64,000 bases of DNA from Promethearchaeota archaeon (GTDB lineage Archaea; Asgardarchaeota; Lokiarchaeia; Sigyniarchaeales; SOKP01), in the NCBI GenBank assembly GCA_016839585.1, contig JAEOTZ010000018.1:64948-128947 (forward strand), written 5' to 3'. Positions 20,628 through 31,120 of this stretch are shown piece by piece; the stretch's first letter is position 1, and the number at the start of each line of letters is the position of its first letter. Under the pieces are notes generated by a model. It was not told where the DNA came from and ran no database searches. It was given only the letters and a program-made list of their open reading frames with translations. Made by a program: the position numbers and the translations under genes.

Positions 20628-21365
20628 ATGAATCAAAACAAACCACTTCATGTAATTGTTGATAATAGAGAGCAAAAATTAATGGCTCTATTAGATAAAA
20701 AAAAAGATATAATAACTTATGAATCAAAACAATTGGATATTGCTGATATAGTTATTTCGGAAGATATTGCTATTGAAAGAAAAGAAGGTTTCGATTTTAT
20801 TGCTTCTATAATGGATAATCGATTATTTGAACAGGTATTACGTTTAAAAGACACATATGCAGATCCCATCTTAATCCTTGAAGGATTGAATGATAAAGTG
20901 TTTGAAAACACAGGTATGAATATTAAATCTATTTATGGGGCACTTTCATTTATTTCATATAAATTGGGGATTTCTGTTATTCCTACAAGAAATATTGAAG
21001 ATACTGCGATTGTTATTGAAAGAATTGCACATAGAGAACAAGTAAAAGATAGTACGCCAATATTTTCAAGAAAAGCTCCTAAAGAGATGTCAAAAAACGA
21101 GAGAAGAACTTTTATTATAGAAGGATTGGTAGATATAGGTCCAAAAAAAGCGAGAGCATTAATTGAAAAATTCAAAACTCCATACCAAGTTTTTAAAGCA
21201 ATTAAACGTACAGAGATAACTTACACGAGAACAGGACGAATTAAAGGGATAAAAGGTCCGCTGGAGGATTTAACCGGATTTGGACCTATGTTTATCGAAA
21301 AAAATCAAAAACTTCTATTTAGTAAAAAGAAAAAAGATCCTCAAAAAAAGATCAATCAATTTTAA
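20628..21365 (+). CDS. ERCC4/XPF-family structure-specific endonuclease with HhH
   Basis: VDNRE, IADIVI, ERKEGFDF (ERKxxxD), RLFEQ, IGPKKA HhH; no helicase module. Confidence 0.9.
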   Translation: MNQNKPLHVIVDNREQKLMALLDKKKDIITYESKQLDIADIVISEDIAIERKEGFDFIASIMDNRLFEQVLRLKDTYADPILILEGLNDKVFENTGMNIKSIYGALSFISYKLGISVIPTRNIEDTAIVIERIAHREQVKDSTPIFSRKAPKEMSKNERRTFIIEGLVDIGPKKARALIEKFKTPYQVFKAIKRTEITYTRTGRIKGIKGPLEDLTGFGPMFIEKNQKLLFSKKKKDPQKKINQF

Positions 21366-21568
21366 TTAGTGTTAGGCAGAATTTCTTCTTCTATTTTGAC
21401 TAATATTTACATTCCATTTCCAATTCTAAAAAGAAAGATAAAAAAATAAATTCAAAATGTTTTGTAAGTTCTTAAAAATTTGATTCAACATTTAAATAAC
21501 TTGATTCAATACTATCTTAAACCTTAATTCAATTAACATTTATTACTAATCAATTTCAGGTAGTTCTT

Positions 21569-23068
21569 TTGAAAAATTATGATGTAATCTTCATTCATCC
21601 ACCTAGATTATTACAACCTGATTATGGTAAAAATATTAAATTTAGACGAGGTTCATTTATTTTCATCCCAATGGGTGTTTTTGCTATTGCTGATTTCCTT
21701 GAGAGAGAGGGTTTTGGAGTTAGAATAATAAATTATCCTTTAGAGCAATATTTAAATTATGATTGGAAATTAGAGGATTTCCTTAAGAATATTAATTTTG
21801 ATGTATGTGCAATAGATTTACATTGGATACATAATGCACATGGAGCTATTGAAGTTGCTAAAATCGTAAAAGATGTAAATCCAAATGCAAAAGTGGTGCT
21901 TGGAGGTTTTAGTGCTTCATATTACCATGATCAAATTTTAAAATATTATGAAGAAATTGATGGAGTAATTAGAGGAGAAGGAGAAATTCCACTTTTAAAA
22001 TATGTTCAAAATATTTATAAAAATCGATCTTTAGATTCCAATCCCAATTTATCTTATCGAGATCACTCTAAACAGATAAAAGTAAACTCTCTTTCCTACA
22101 CAGCAAAAACTTTGGACAATTTGAATTTTACAAATGTATCTCTCCTGAAAAATGCAAAACAATATTTTCAGTATAGTAGAAAGCTTATGGGGATCTCTTT
22201 CAATCTTCCCATTGGAAGAGGTTGTCCATTTAATTGTCCTTTTTGTGCGGGAGGACAGAGAGCTCAAAAAAGTTTGGTTGGCCGAGATAACGTCGTTCTT
22301 AGAAGTCCAGAAAAAGTTATAGAAGATATCAACGAAATTTTCTATAAATATAAAGTTCCAAGTATCTTTTTTGGACATGGTACCTACCCTGCAAATATAA
22401 AATATTGGAAAAAACTATTTAGGTTGATTCAAAAAGAAAAACTCGATATTAGTGGAGATTTAGAGATATGGAGGCTACCATTTCCTAAAGAGATGTGGGA
22501 AATATTTTATAAGACTTTCAATAGCAGTTATTCATCAATTAGTATTTCACCTCGAACAATGTCAACTAAAGTTCATAAAAAAATCGCTAAAATTTGTGAT
22601 CCGACATTTAAATTTCCTGAAAGCCAAATTAATGATTTAATAAAAAATGCGAATTTATACCAAATAATATTACGAATTTGGTTAACAATTGGTTTTCCAT
22701 TCCAAACTCGGTTTGATATTCTTAAGGATTTTACCTTTGCGATGAAATGTCTTTTAAAATATGGAAAATCCAATCTTAAGCCAATTACAATTATGAGCGA
22801 ACCATATCACATCTTCCCCGGTTCTCCTGCCCATGAATCTCCTGAGAGCTTCGGAATAAAATTAAAATATCATTCTTTTCCAGAGGTTGCTGAAGCTTTT
22901 AAACGAGCTAAAATATCTTTTTTTTATAATGTAATAAATTATGATACGGAATATTTATCTCAAGTTTCTATTCGTAATTTTAATTTGTTATTATCTTTAA
23001 GCACTGCGCTCATGTTTTTAACAACGGGTTCGAAATATCCTAACGTGAGCGAAAAATCCAAAATTTAA
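21569..23068 (+). CDS. Cobalamin-binding radical SAM protein
   Basis: B12-binding N-domain (P.G...IA, VVLGG..AS, RGEGE); GRGCPFNCPFC CxxxCxxC. Confidence 0.88.
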   Translation: MKNYDVIFIHPPRLLQPDYGKNIKFRRGSFIFIPMGVFAIADFLEREGFGVRIINYPLEQYLNYDWKLEDFLKNINFDVCAIDLHWIHNAHGAIEVAKIVKDVNPNAKVVLGGFSASYYHDQILKYYEEIDGVIRGEGEIPLLKYVQNIYKNRSLDSNPNLSYRDHSKQIKVNSLSYTAKTLDNLNFTNVSLLKNAKQYFQYSRKLMGISFNLPIGRGCPFNCPFCAGGQRAQKSLVGRDNVVLRSPEKVIEDINEIFYKYKVPSIFFGHGTYPANIKYWKKLFRLIQKEKLDISGDLEIWRLPFPKEMWEIFYKTFNSSYSSISISPRTMSTKVHKKIAKICDPTFKFPESQINDLIKNANLYQIILRIWLTIGFPFQTRFDILKDFTFAMKCLLKYGKSNLKPITIMSEPYHIFPGSPAHESPESFGIKLKYHSFPEVAEAFKRAKISFFYNVINYDTEYLSQVSIRNFNLLLSLSTALMFLTTGSKYPNVSEKSKI

Positions 23069-23146
23069 ATATAGCACTCCCAGCTAAAGAAATTTTGGGT
23101 AAAAAATAATATAAAGAAAAAATATAGATTTTCATTAGTCTAATTT

Positions 23147-24406
23147 TTATATTAATCTCATAAATCTTCGAATTTGTGATTGAATGAGAAGTAATTGAAT
23201 GTTTCTTGCACCCCCAATAACCTCCTCAATTTTACTTACATCCGTCAATTCATCTATTGGAGTATTATCTGTTACTGAAACTCCACCACAGTGTTGTTGA
23301 ACTTCATAACAGATATCATGTGTTAGTTTAGATACATAATACTTACCTTGAGAAGATATTGAAGCAACCCATTTTTCAGCTTCTTTTGAAGGCTTTTCTG
23401 CAAATAGGATTTGATCATCATAAATTGTGGCTGCTTGTAAGGCTAATGATGTTGCTGCTGTAGCTTTAGTTAATAAATCTGCTAATCCATATCCTACTCC
23501 CTGGTATCTAATTACAGGCTTACCAAACTGTTGTCTTAAGTTAGTATAAATTATACCATTAATTAATCCACTCCAACAGATACCTATCCCTGAACCCATA
23601 ATACTTAAACGCTCTGGAACTAAGCCTTCAAACAATCTTACATATCCAAGTCCGTTATCCGCTAATACATATTCCATTGGAACTTTAACATTATCTAATA
23701 TTGTATGTGCAATATGAACTCGAGGAACAGAATTAATCTTCAAACGTTCAGTTTTTACACCGAACTTGCTGGCGATCATTCCTTGAACCATAGTATCTCT
23801 AGGATTTGCTTCATCATAAACTCCATAGCAACAAAAATAATCTGCGCTAGGGCCATTTGTTGTAAATACTTTTTCTCCATTAAAAATGACGCCATCATCT
23901 GTTTTTGTACAAATTGTAGTCAAGTTTACAGCATCAGAACCTCTTTCAGGTTCGGTTATCCCAATACAACCAACTTTTTGTCCAGATAGTAATTCATCTT
24001 GTACTTTATATATTGTATCTCCCGTACCTCCATAATGATAATAGTGAAAGGTGGGGTTCGCACATAGAATCCCACTTGCAACTCGCCCTAATTCTAATTG
24101 AGGGTCTAAAAAAGAAATATGAGTACCTAATAGAATTTCTTTTTTCATTCCATACGGTTTAAAATCCTTCCACTCATTAATTCTTTGCATATATCCTTTT
24201 TTCCCTAATTCAGGAAATAGAACATACACATCTTTGGACTTATCTATTTTTGGTTGTAAATCTATACAAAATTGTTGTAACTCTATACAATATTCCCGTT
24301 CTTCTTCATTTAACATAGGAAAAACATTGTCATTAAAGATTTTGAAGATATTTTCTAACGACATTTTTGCAAGAATTTCATCATTGATTATTTTCTCTTG
24401 AAACAT
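23147..24406 (-). CDS. Acyl-CoA dehydrogenase
   Basis: ITEPERGSDA, NGEKVFTTNG, RQQFGKPV..YQ, QQHCGG, IGGARNIQ. Confidence 0.92.
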   Translation of the reverse strand: MFQEKIINDEILAKMSLENIFKIFNDNVFPMLNEEEREYCIELQQFCIDLQPKIDKSKDVYVLFPELGKKGYMQRINEWKDFKPYGMKKEILLGTHISFLDPQLELGRVASGILCANPTFHYYHYGGTGDTIYKVQDELLSGQKVGCIGITEPERGSDAVNLTTICTKTDDGVIFNGEKVFTTNGPSADYFCCYGVYDEANPRDTMVQGMIASKFGVKTERLKINSVPRVHIAHTILDNVKVPMEYVLADNGLGYVRLFEGLVPERLSIMGSGIGICWSGLINGIIYTNLRQQFGKPVIRYQGVGYGLADLLTKATAATSLALQAATIYDDQILFAEKPSKEAEKWVASISSQGKYYVSKLTHDICYEVQQHCGGVSVTDNTPIDELTDVSKIEEVIGGARNIQLLLIQSQIRRFMRLI

Positions 24407-24527
24407 TTTTTCGTCAATTCTAATAGTGTTTTTTATAATTTGAAAGAAAATATATTAATTAGTTTAAATTTTTTATTGCAATTAAATTTTAGATATTGAT
24501 AAAAATTAGTTAAATCAAAAAAAGGAT

Positions 24528-25292
24528 TTAATTTTTAGTATCTACAGTTTCGATTATTTTACCATCTCGCATTTTTAGTATTCTTTCAGCAAGAGCACCA
24601 ACCATAGGGTCGTGGCTTACCATTAAAATCGTTTGATTAAGCTCCAAATTAAGTTCTCGTAGTAATTTAACAATCTCCATCCCCATTTTTGTATCAAGTT
24701 CTCCTGTTGGCTCATCAGCAATTAATATAGAAGGCTCATTACATAATGCTCGTGCAATTGCAACTCTTTGTTGTTCTCCCCCTGAAAGCTCTGATGGTAG
24801 GTGATCTTTCTTGTCACTTAGACCTACAAGATCGAGGAATTTATTAACATTTTTTTCTATTTCCTGTTTAGTCCTAGCAGCAAATAACATTGGTAGTTCA
24901 ACATTCTCATAAGCTGAAAGAACAGGTACTAGATTATAAAACTGAAAAATGAATCCTATTTCCTTAAGTCTTAAATTTGTCCGTTGTTTATCATCCATAT
25001 GAGCTATATTTGTTCTATTGATGTATACCGCACCACTTGTAGGATTATCCAGTGCTCCAATCATATTTAAAAGGGTAGTTTTTCCAGAACCTGAAGGTCC
25101 CATAACTGATACAAATTCACCCTTCTTAATATCTATACTAACACCATTTAAGGCCCTAATTTCAATCCCTTCGGTGATATTATAAATTTTAGTTAAATCA
25201 AAAGTTTGAATCATCGCATTAGGGTCTAATTCATAATCTTTTGGCTCCTGAAATACTAAACCTTGTTGTTTACTCTTTTTGGCTTTTCTCAT
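24528..25292 (-). CDS. LolD/MacB-type ABC ATPase
   Basis: GPSGSGKT, GFIFQFYNL, LSGGEQQR, ADEPTGELD, VSHD. Confidence 0.95.
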   Translation of the reverse strand: MRKAKKSKQQGLVFQEPKDYELDPNAMIQTFDLTKIYNITEGIEIRALNGVSIDIKKGEFVSVMGPSGSGKTTLLNMIGALDNPTSGAVYINRTNIAHMDDKQRTNLRLKEIGFIFQFYNLVPVLSAYENVELPMLFAARTKQEIEKNVNKFLDLVGLSDKKDHLPSELSGGEQQRVAIARALCNEPSILIADEPTGELDTKMGMEIVKLLRELNLELNQTILMVSHDPMVGALAERILKMRDGKIIETVDTKN

Positions 25293-25310
25293 TTTTTATA
25301 TACCTCTGAA

Positions 25311-26123
25311 TTAGAATTTATAGATTTCTTCAATTGATTTTCCACCAGTCTTTTCACCAGTAAATTCACCATCAGTAAGAGTAATAACCCTATCTGCCAC
25401 TTCTGCTATTCTTACATTATGGGTAACCATTAAAATTGATTCTCCAGCTTTCTTTAAGTTGAGAAAAATTTTCATAATATTTGTTGTTGTCTCCGTATCT
25501 AGTTCACCTGTAGGCTCATCAGCAAGAATGATAAGAGGTTCGTTAACTAAAGCTCTAGCTATAGTTACTCTTTGTTGCTCTCCACCGGACATCTGTGTGG
25601 GTAAATGTTCCATACGCTCCGTAAGTCCAATTCTTTTTAAAAGGCTTTTAACTTTTTCTTCTCTTACTTTAGAATCCTTTTTATCAATCACCATTGGAAG
25701 CTCTACATTCTCGTAAGCTGTAAGAATTGGAAAAAGATTATAGAACTGAAAAATTAATCCTATCTTTCTCAATCGCATTTTTTTATGTTGTTTATTGGTC
25801 ATTTGTGTAACATCAAGTCCCATCCCCTTAGCATCAACATTATATATAATCTTACCTGAATCTGGAAAGTCAAGAGCACCTAAGCAATTTATTAGAGTTG
25901 TTTTTCCTGCACCAGATGGACCAACTACTGCAATAAATTCACCTTTCTTAATTGTAAGATTTACGTTATTGAGGGCTGTGATTGTTGAATTACCTACCGT
26001 ATAAGTTTTAATAAGATCATGCACTTCTAGAACGATATTAGGATCTATCCTCACTGCTCTTGCTGTAGATCTTTGTTGTTTATTCATCCTCACTTTTTTC
26101 TTTTTAGTCGATATTTTTAACAC
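25311..26123 (-). CDS. LolD/MacB-type ABC ATPase (second paralog)
   Basis: GPSGAGKT, MSGGEQQR, ADEPTGELD, VTHN. Confidence 0.95.
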   Translation of the reverse strand: MLKISTKKKKVRMNKQQRSTARAVRIDPNIVLEVHDLIKTYTVGNSTITALNNVNLTIKKGEFIAVVGPSGAGKTTLINCLGALDFPDSGKIIYNVDAKGMGLDVTQMTNKQHKKMRLRKIGLIFQFYNLFPILTAYENVELPMVIDKKDSKVREEKVKSLLKRIGLTERMEHLPTQMSGGEQQRVTIARALVNEPLIILADEPTGELDTETTTNIMKIFLNLKKAGESILMVTHNVRIAEVADRVITLTDGEFTGEKTGGKSIEEIYKF

Positions 26124-26148
26124 CTTCTTTTATATTATATTATTATAA

Positions 26149-29100
26149 TTACCTCGTTCTCACAGCATCTATAATGTTTAAGTTAGCCGCCCATTTTGCA
26201 GGATATCGTGAACTCAGAATTGTTGTAATTAAAACTGTTAATACCAAAATGCCAATAGTTAACCATGGAATCGTCCAAGTGACTGTAAGAAATCCACCTG
26301 CAGGCATCGTATCAACCATTAAATAACCTTGTACTAATCCTGCGAATATGCCTGTAAATACACCTAGAAGTGCCAAGATTAAAGTTTCTCCCGATATTGA
26401 ACGTATTACACCCTTTTTACTTAATCCTATTGATCTGAGCATTCCTATTTCCCTCCTACGTGCCATGGTTGTTAGTAGACTATGAAGTGTTAATCCAATC
26501 ATAGCAATTATTATTGAAAAAATAAGTAAGCCGTTAGTTATGAAAGTAACTAAGTTAAGCATAGTTCTGAAAATAGAACTCGCAAACGATTTGGTGAAAC
26601 CAAAAATCACAAGATATCCTTTGTCTTCTATATATCCTAATATTTCTTCTAATACATCCTCATCACTTACTCCCTTCTCCACCCATGCAAACCAATCATA
26701 TACATTAGTTCTAATTATAAGAGTGAAAGTTTTAAGATCAATAAGCGACCAGGATCCTCCTGCCATAAAAAATAGATTTGGCAGTAGTAGGTCCTTAATA
26801 GTTGTAATATTTTCTGGTTGATCACAATGAACAAGTATTGAAGTTACCTTATCATTGGAGTAATTGGATCCCCTATAATCAGGATATATAATGTTTCGTG
26901 CTTGTTCGTAATTTATATATATAGTATAATTTCTACTTACATCGTAACCTGTTTCAAAACCAGCATACCAATCATATCTTTCTGCATTATACAAAGTTGG
27001 TGCTTCTATAATACCAATAATTTCAAATTTTGGCCATTCTGGGAATAAAGGGTTGACTGGGGAATAAACTGAGGTAGCTACTCCAAATTTTAGACTATCA
27101 ATAGTTAAATTATAGTTGTTATTAAATGTAGAGTTATACCCTCTTATTCTTAACTTGAGATCTCCAATCGGATCAATAAATTGATGATTTAAATCGAAAA
27201 TAAAAGTGTTATTATCTTCTATAATATTATTAATAGGACCTAGTTCTTCAAATGTGTTAGTGTAAATATTAAATACTTCTAAATTGAGAGAATCCACAGT
27301 CGAATTCACAGAGCTCTCTATTGTAACATTGATAGCTTTATAAAAATTAGTAGGTAAGAAATTTACCGTAATATTTACAGCAAGCCATTCCTGATTACTC
27401 ACAAATGATAAGTAAACATCATCAGAGTCAGTTAAATTTGAAACACTACCTGATACCGAAGTATAATTATAAGGAGGAATAAAGGTTGGAATACTCCCTG
27501 CAGAAATAGTATCCAAAATGAATTCTTGTGGAAAAATAGAAATATTATCACCAATTCCTATCGAAGGATTATATTTTATGAATGTTTCATCAACCACACA
27601 CACTTGTTCTGTTGTATTTAGGAGTTCTTCCATCGAAGATCCAGCATATCCACTATTATTTCCAAAATATGAATCAGATCTTAATTTTCCACTTGAATTT
27701 GTATGAATACCTACGACTGAAGATGCATAGTCTATTACTGAACCATTAAAAGATGTAGGTGTAAAATAGTCCATTCTTGTCGTATAATATTCAATTCCGA
27801 CAATGCTATTTAAAATTGATTCCACGGTTGAAAAATTAAACCAATTTGGCTGAACTATATCCAACATAGGATTTCCAGTTTGAGTTAATTGTCGAAAAAC
27901 CATATCTGTTCCTCCACCGGGTAGGTTTTCAGATGCAACTTCTTCATAAGTATTCCAAGAAATAAACATGTTATAGGTTTCTCCTTCGCTTTGTAATCCT
28001 AAGAGATTAAGTGTTGAGAAGCCTTGTATACTCCTAACAATTGCAATTACACTCATATTTATTACAATAGTATCTTCATGCGCATTATAATAATCTCCAT
28101 AGATTAATGCTGTAAGGTTCGCATAAGTTATACCGAGAGAAAATTTAACAGATAAATTTTCACCAACTTTCACATCATAGTTATCAGCAAATTTTTTATC
28201 AATTATGATTTTATTTCCAGTATCAAGTTCATCCATCATTTCACTAAGAGACATTGATGAAGGGGATATAATTTCAGTTTTAGTCATATGTCTTTTAACT
28301 TTAGCTGGATCTATTATATTCATCATAATAGATTGATTAAATTCAATATCAAGTAAGCTATGCCCTATCCATTCACTATTTATTTGAATAAGGGCATTTT
28401 GATGGCTTACACCCATTACATCTTCTACTCCTGATTGATTAAGAAGTCCATCTTCAAAAGACCTGGGAGTATTATATGTATATACTCGAATATCAGCACC
28501 CATAAAGTTATTAACTGTAGTATTAATACCTGCTCTCATTGAATCCATCATAACACTTATTCCAATAAGAAAACTCGTTGTCAAAGCAATCATCGTGAAT
28601 GTAAGAGTTGTTCTTCTCCGGTGTCTTAAGATGTTCTTTTCTGTTAACAATTTTGTTTTCCGGAGATATGGAGAGAAAACCATTACAAAAGCTTTATTAA
28701 TCGGTCTTAAACTAAGTGCTAATAACCATATAATCCCAAATAATATTAGTATAGGAGCAAACATTGTAAGTACCACACCTTGGGGTGGACCTGGGCTTGT
28801 CTGAACCTCAGTAGTGGTTTCAGGTGCAGAATACATAAGCCAAAAACCAGAGTAAATAAGTAAACCTCCTAAAATAAAGAAGATAAGTTTTTTCCAAATA
28901 TGTTTTCTCTCTCTTTTAGACTTTTCTTCAAGAGGATTTAAATTTTCAATAATAGGCTTACGACTTGCTTTCCAACTAGGATATAGTGAGGCAACAATAC
29001 AAGAAACTAAACCTACTATAAATGTTAATGCTAAAGTTGTTGGATATAAAACGACAGTAAAATCTGAAATTACCATTCCTCCCACTTGAGCTGCAATATC

Positions 29101-30291
29101 CTTAATAGTCTGTAATGTGACTGAAAAAATTACGTATGATATGAAGTAAGAACATATTGTTCCAAAAAACGCTCCGATTACTCCCATTACTACTCCTTGA
29201 GTTAAAAACATCTTAAAGGTTTCTGTTTTAGATGCTCCTATTGCTTGAAACATCCCAGTCTCATATTCCTGCTCTTTCTTAATAATATTAAAAATATTCC
29301 ACATTAGTATTATTGAAAGGATTAATGCAATTATACCGAACATCAAAAACATGGTACGCATCGTACTCATTGTAGTCTCTATCATCTCTATACTGTCAGA
29401 TTTTAAATCATTAACTTTCCAATCCCTTCCATCATTAAGGTCTGCTAAGCGGGTTTCTATTTTCTTAACAACAGAAGCAGTCTTATATATATCATCAACA
29501 CCTACAACGCCCAGATTATATTCACCAGTATGATTTTCTATACCATCTACGAGTTGATGCGTATTATTAATATTTACAAATATACCTGGGCCTTGGGAAA
29601 ACATAGCCCCTGATGGATCTTCTGGATCAAAATCACGTGCTTCACCAATATCTCTTATTACAGCAACAACAGTATATTCGAGCCATGTCCCTGTATCTAA
29701 AGGATTATATCCTAATAGTTCTCCATCTTTTGGAAAAATCCAAATACTATCACTTGCATTAAAATCTTTTCCTAATTGAATTTTTAATGATTCTGAAATT
29801 ACTACTACTTTATCTCCATTAATTGGATCACTGTATTCAAGTAGTTCTTCAATCGTGTCTTCATTACTAACTGAATCTAATATATATGGTTTCCCACCCA
29901 ATTTTCGCTCATCTGCTTCTTGATGATCAAGACCATTTATCCCTGTCCTAGTACTATTATCTACTTGATTCCCACTATCAGTTGCACTAGCAAAAACATT
30001 AAAACCAGATATCCTGTAGGCTATTAATTCAACATGTTTTATATCCTCGAGTTCACTATTAATCTCATCGGGATCAAACCAACCATCAGTACTATTTGCA
30101 GATCTAATTAATATATCTGCAGTACCTAGTTGTTCATCAATTGTTTCAATCATCATTACTTCGAAAGAATCAGAGACAATCATAACACCTCCAAACAAGG
30201 CAACACTAATGACTAATGTGATAGTTGTTAAAATATAGCGTAACTTTCGCCTTCTCATATTACGTAAAGCAATTTTAAGTATTACACCCAT
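26149..30291 (-). CDS. Very large FtsX/MacB-like (type VII ABC) permease with two FtsX modules
   Basis: ALRNMRRRKLR..LT, E.G...AIGA, RRRTTLT, RRREIGMLRSIG, YPA.WA..LN..DA.R; very large second extracellular domain. Confidence 0.9.
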   Translation of the reverse strand: MGVILKIALRNMRRRKLRYILTTITLVISVALFGGVMIVSDSFEVMMIETIDEQLGTADILIRSANSTDGWFDPDEINSELEDIKHVELIAYRISGFNVFASATDSGNQVDNSTRTGINGLDHQEADERKLGGKPYILDSVSNEDTIEELLEYSDPINGDKVVVISESLKIQLGKDFNASDSIWIFPKDGELLGYNPLDTGTWLEYTVVAVIRDIGEARDFDPEDPSGAMFSQGPGIFVNINNTHQLVDGIENHTGEYNLGVVGVDDIYKTASVVKKIETRLADLNDGRDWKVNDLKSDSIEMIETTMSTMRTMFLMFGIIALILSIILMWNIFNIIKKEQEYETGMFQAIGASKTETFKMFLTQGVVMGVIGAFFGTICSYFISYVIFSVTLQTIKDIAAQVGGMVISDFTVVLYPTTLALTFIVGLVSCIVASLYPSWKASRKPIIENLNPLEEKSKRERKHIWKKLIFFILGGLLIYSGFWLMYSAPETTTEVQTSPGPPQGVVLTMFAPILILFGIIWLLALSLRPINKAFVMVFSPYLRKTKLLTEKNILRHRRRTTLTFTMIALTTSFLIGISVMMDSMRAGINTTVNNFMGADIRVYTYNTPRSFEDGLLNQSGVEDVMGVSHQNALIQINSEWIGHSLLDIEFNQSIMMNIIDPAKVKRHMTKTEIISPSSMSLSEMMDELDTGNKIIIDKKFADNYDVKVGENLSVKFSLGITYANLTALIYGDYYNAHEDTIVINMSVIAIVRSIQGFSTLNLLGLQSEGETYNMFISWNTYEEVASENLPGGGTDMVFRQLTQTGNPMLDIVQPNWFNFSTVESILNSIVGIEYYTTRMDYFTPTSFNGSVIDYASSVVGIHTNSSGKLRSDSYFGNNSGYAGSSMEELLNTTEQVCVVDETFIKYNPSIGIGDNISIFPQEFILDTISAGSIPTFIPPYNYTSVSGSVSNLTDSDDVYLSFVSNQEWLAVNITVNFLPTNFYKAINVTIESSVNSTVDSLNLEVFNIYTNTFEELGPINNIIEDNNTFIFDLNHQFIDPIGDLKLRIRGYNSTFNNNYNLTIDSLKFGVATSVYSPVNPLFPEWPKFEIIGIIEAPTLYNAERYDWYAGFETGYDVSRNYTIYINYEQARNIIYPDYRGSNYSNDKVTSILVHCDQPENITTIKDLLLPNLFFMAGGSWSLIDLKTFTLIIRTNVYDWFAWVEKGVSDEDVLEEILGYIEDKGYLVIFGFTKSFASSIFRTMLNLVTFITNGLLIFSIIIAMIGLTLHSLLTTMARRREIGMLRSIGLSKKGVIRSISGETLILALLGVFTGIFAGLVQGYLMVDTMPAGGFLTVTWTIPWLTIGILVLTVLITTILSSRYPAKWAANLNIIDAVRTR

Positions 30292-30420
30292 TTTTTCCTT
30301 AACTCTTTTTTTTTATAGATTTAATATTAAATATTTTTTATTTGAAGATTAGTTAAAACAAGTTTCAATCGATTAAATATTGATTGATTATAACTTATCA
30401 TTTAATAAAACATATAAATA

Positions 30421-30439
30421 TATCGATCAGTGCTCGATA
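30421..30439. promoter_or_regulatory. Candidate TetR operator TATCGA-N7-TCGATA
   Basis: Perfect 6-bp inverted repeat between the divergent permease and TetR genes. Confidence 0.55.
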
Positions 30440-30497
30440 ACTTTAAATTATTTTTAAACAATATTAATATTAATATTCAATTTATATAATCAAAATC

Positions 30498-31088
30498 TTG
30501 AAAAATATGGTCCAGATTGAAGGTAAAGAAAAGATATTAAAAGTTGCTGAAGAATTAATAGTAAAAAACGGGTATAATACAATTAGTGCAAGGAAAATTG
30601 CAAGAGATGCGAAAATGAGTATTGGAACGTTATATCACCATTTCCCAAACGGCAAATTATCTATCTTATATGAAATCATACTTTCTTATAGAAATGAATT
30701 CTTAGAGGATTTTGATTTTTCCAAGATTGAACAATTTGACAATCCAGAAATAGCTAAGGATTATTTAATAACAATAATAGAACAACATCGTAAATTTGCA
30801 CCATTAATAAAAGGGTTTGAAGTAGAACTGTTGACTAATAAAAAACTCTTAGTAGATTTAGATAATCTTATTAAATCGCAAGAAATTCGTTTTGAAAAGT
30901 TTTTTACCGATATAATTTTAAGATTTTACCCAGATATAAAAGAACCAGAGAAAACTTTTTCAATTATAACAAGAATTTTTACCACTATTATACATACACA
31001 TGTTATTTTTGAAAATTTTTATGGAACAGATGATGATTTAGTAGAAATATTATATAAAATGCTTACTGGCTTAATAAAAAGTGTTTAG
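30498..31088 (+). CDS. TetR/AcrR family transcriptional regulator
   Basis: ILKVAEELI...GY...SARKIA..A.MSIGTLYHHFPN.K HTH; divergent from the ABC operon. Confidence 0.92.
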   Translation: MKNMVQIEGKEKILKVAEELIVKNGYNTISARKIARDAKMSIGTLYHHFPNGKLSILYEIILSYRNEFLEDFDFSKIEQFDNPEIAKDYLITIIEQHRKFAPLIKGFEVELLTNKKLLVDLDNLIKSQEIRFEKFFTDIILRFYPDIKEPEKTFSIITRIFTTIIHTHVIFENFYGTDDDLVEILYKMLTGLIKSV

Positions 31089-31120
31089 GTATAATATTTA
31101 TTTTAATTGAGCAAAAAGAA

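Noticed and set aside
21569-23068. B12 radical SAM as a tetraether ring synthase or lipid methylase
   Set aside because: The family is too broad and there is no supporting context for a specific function.
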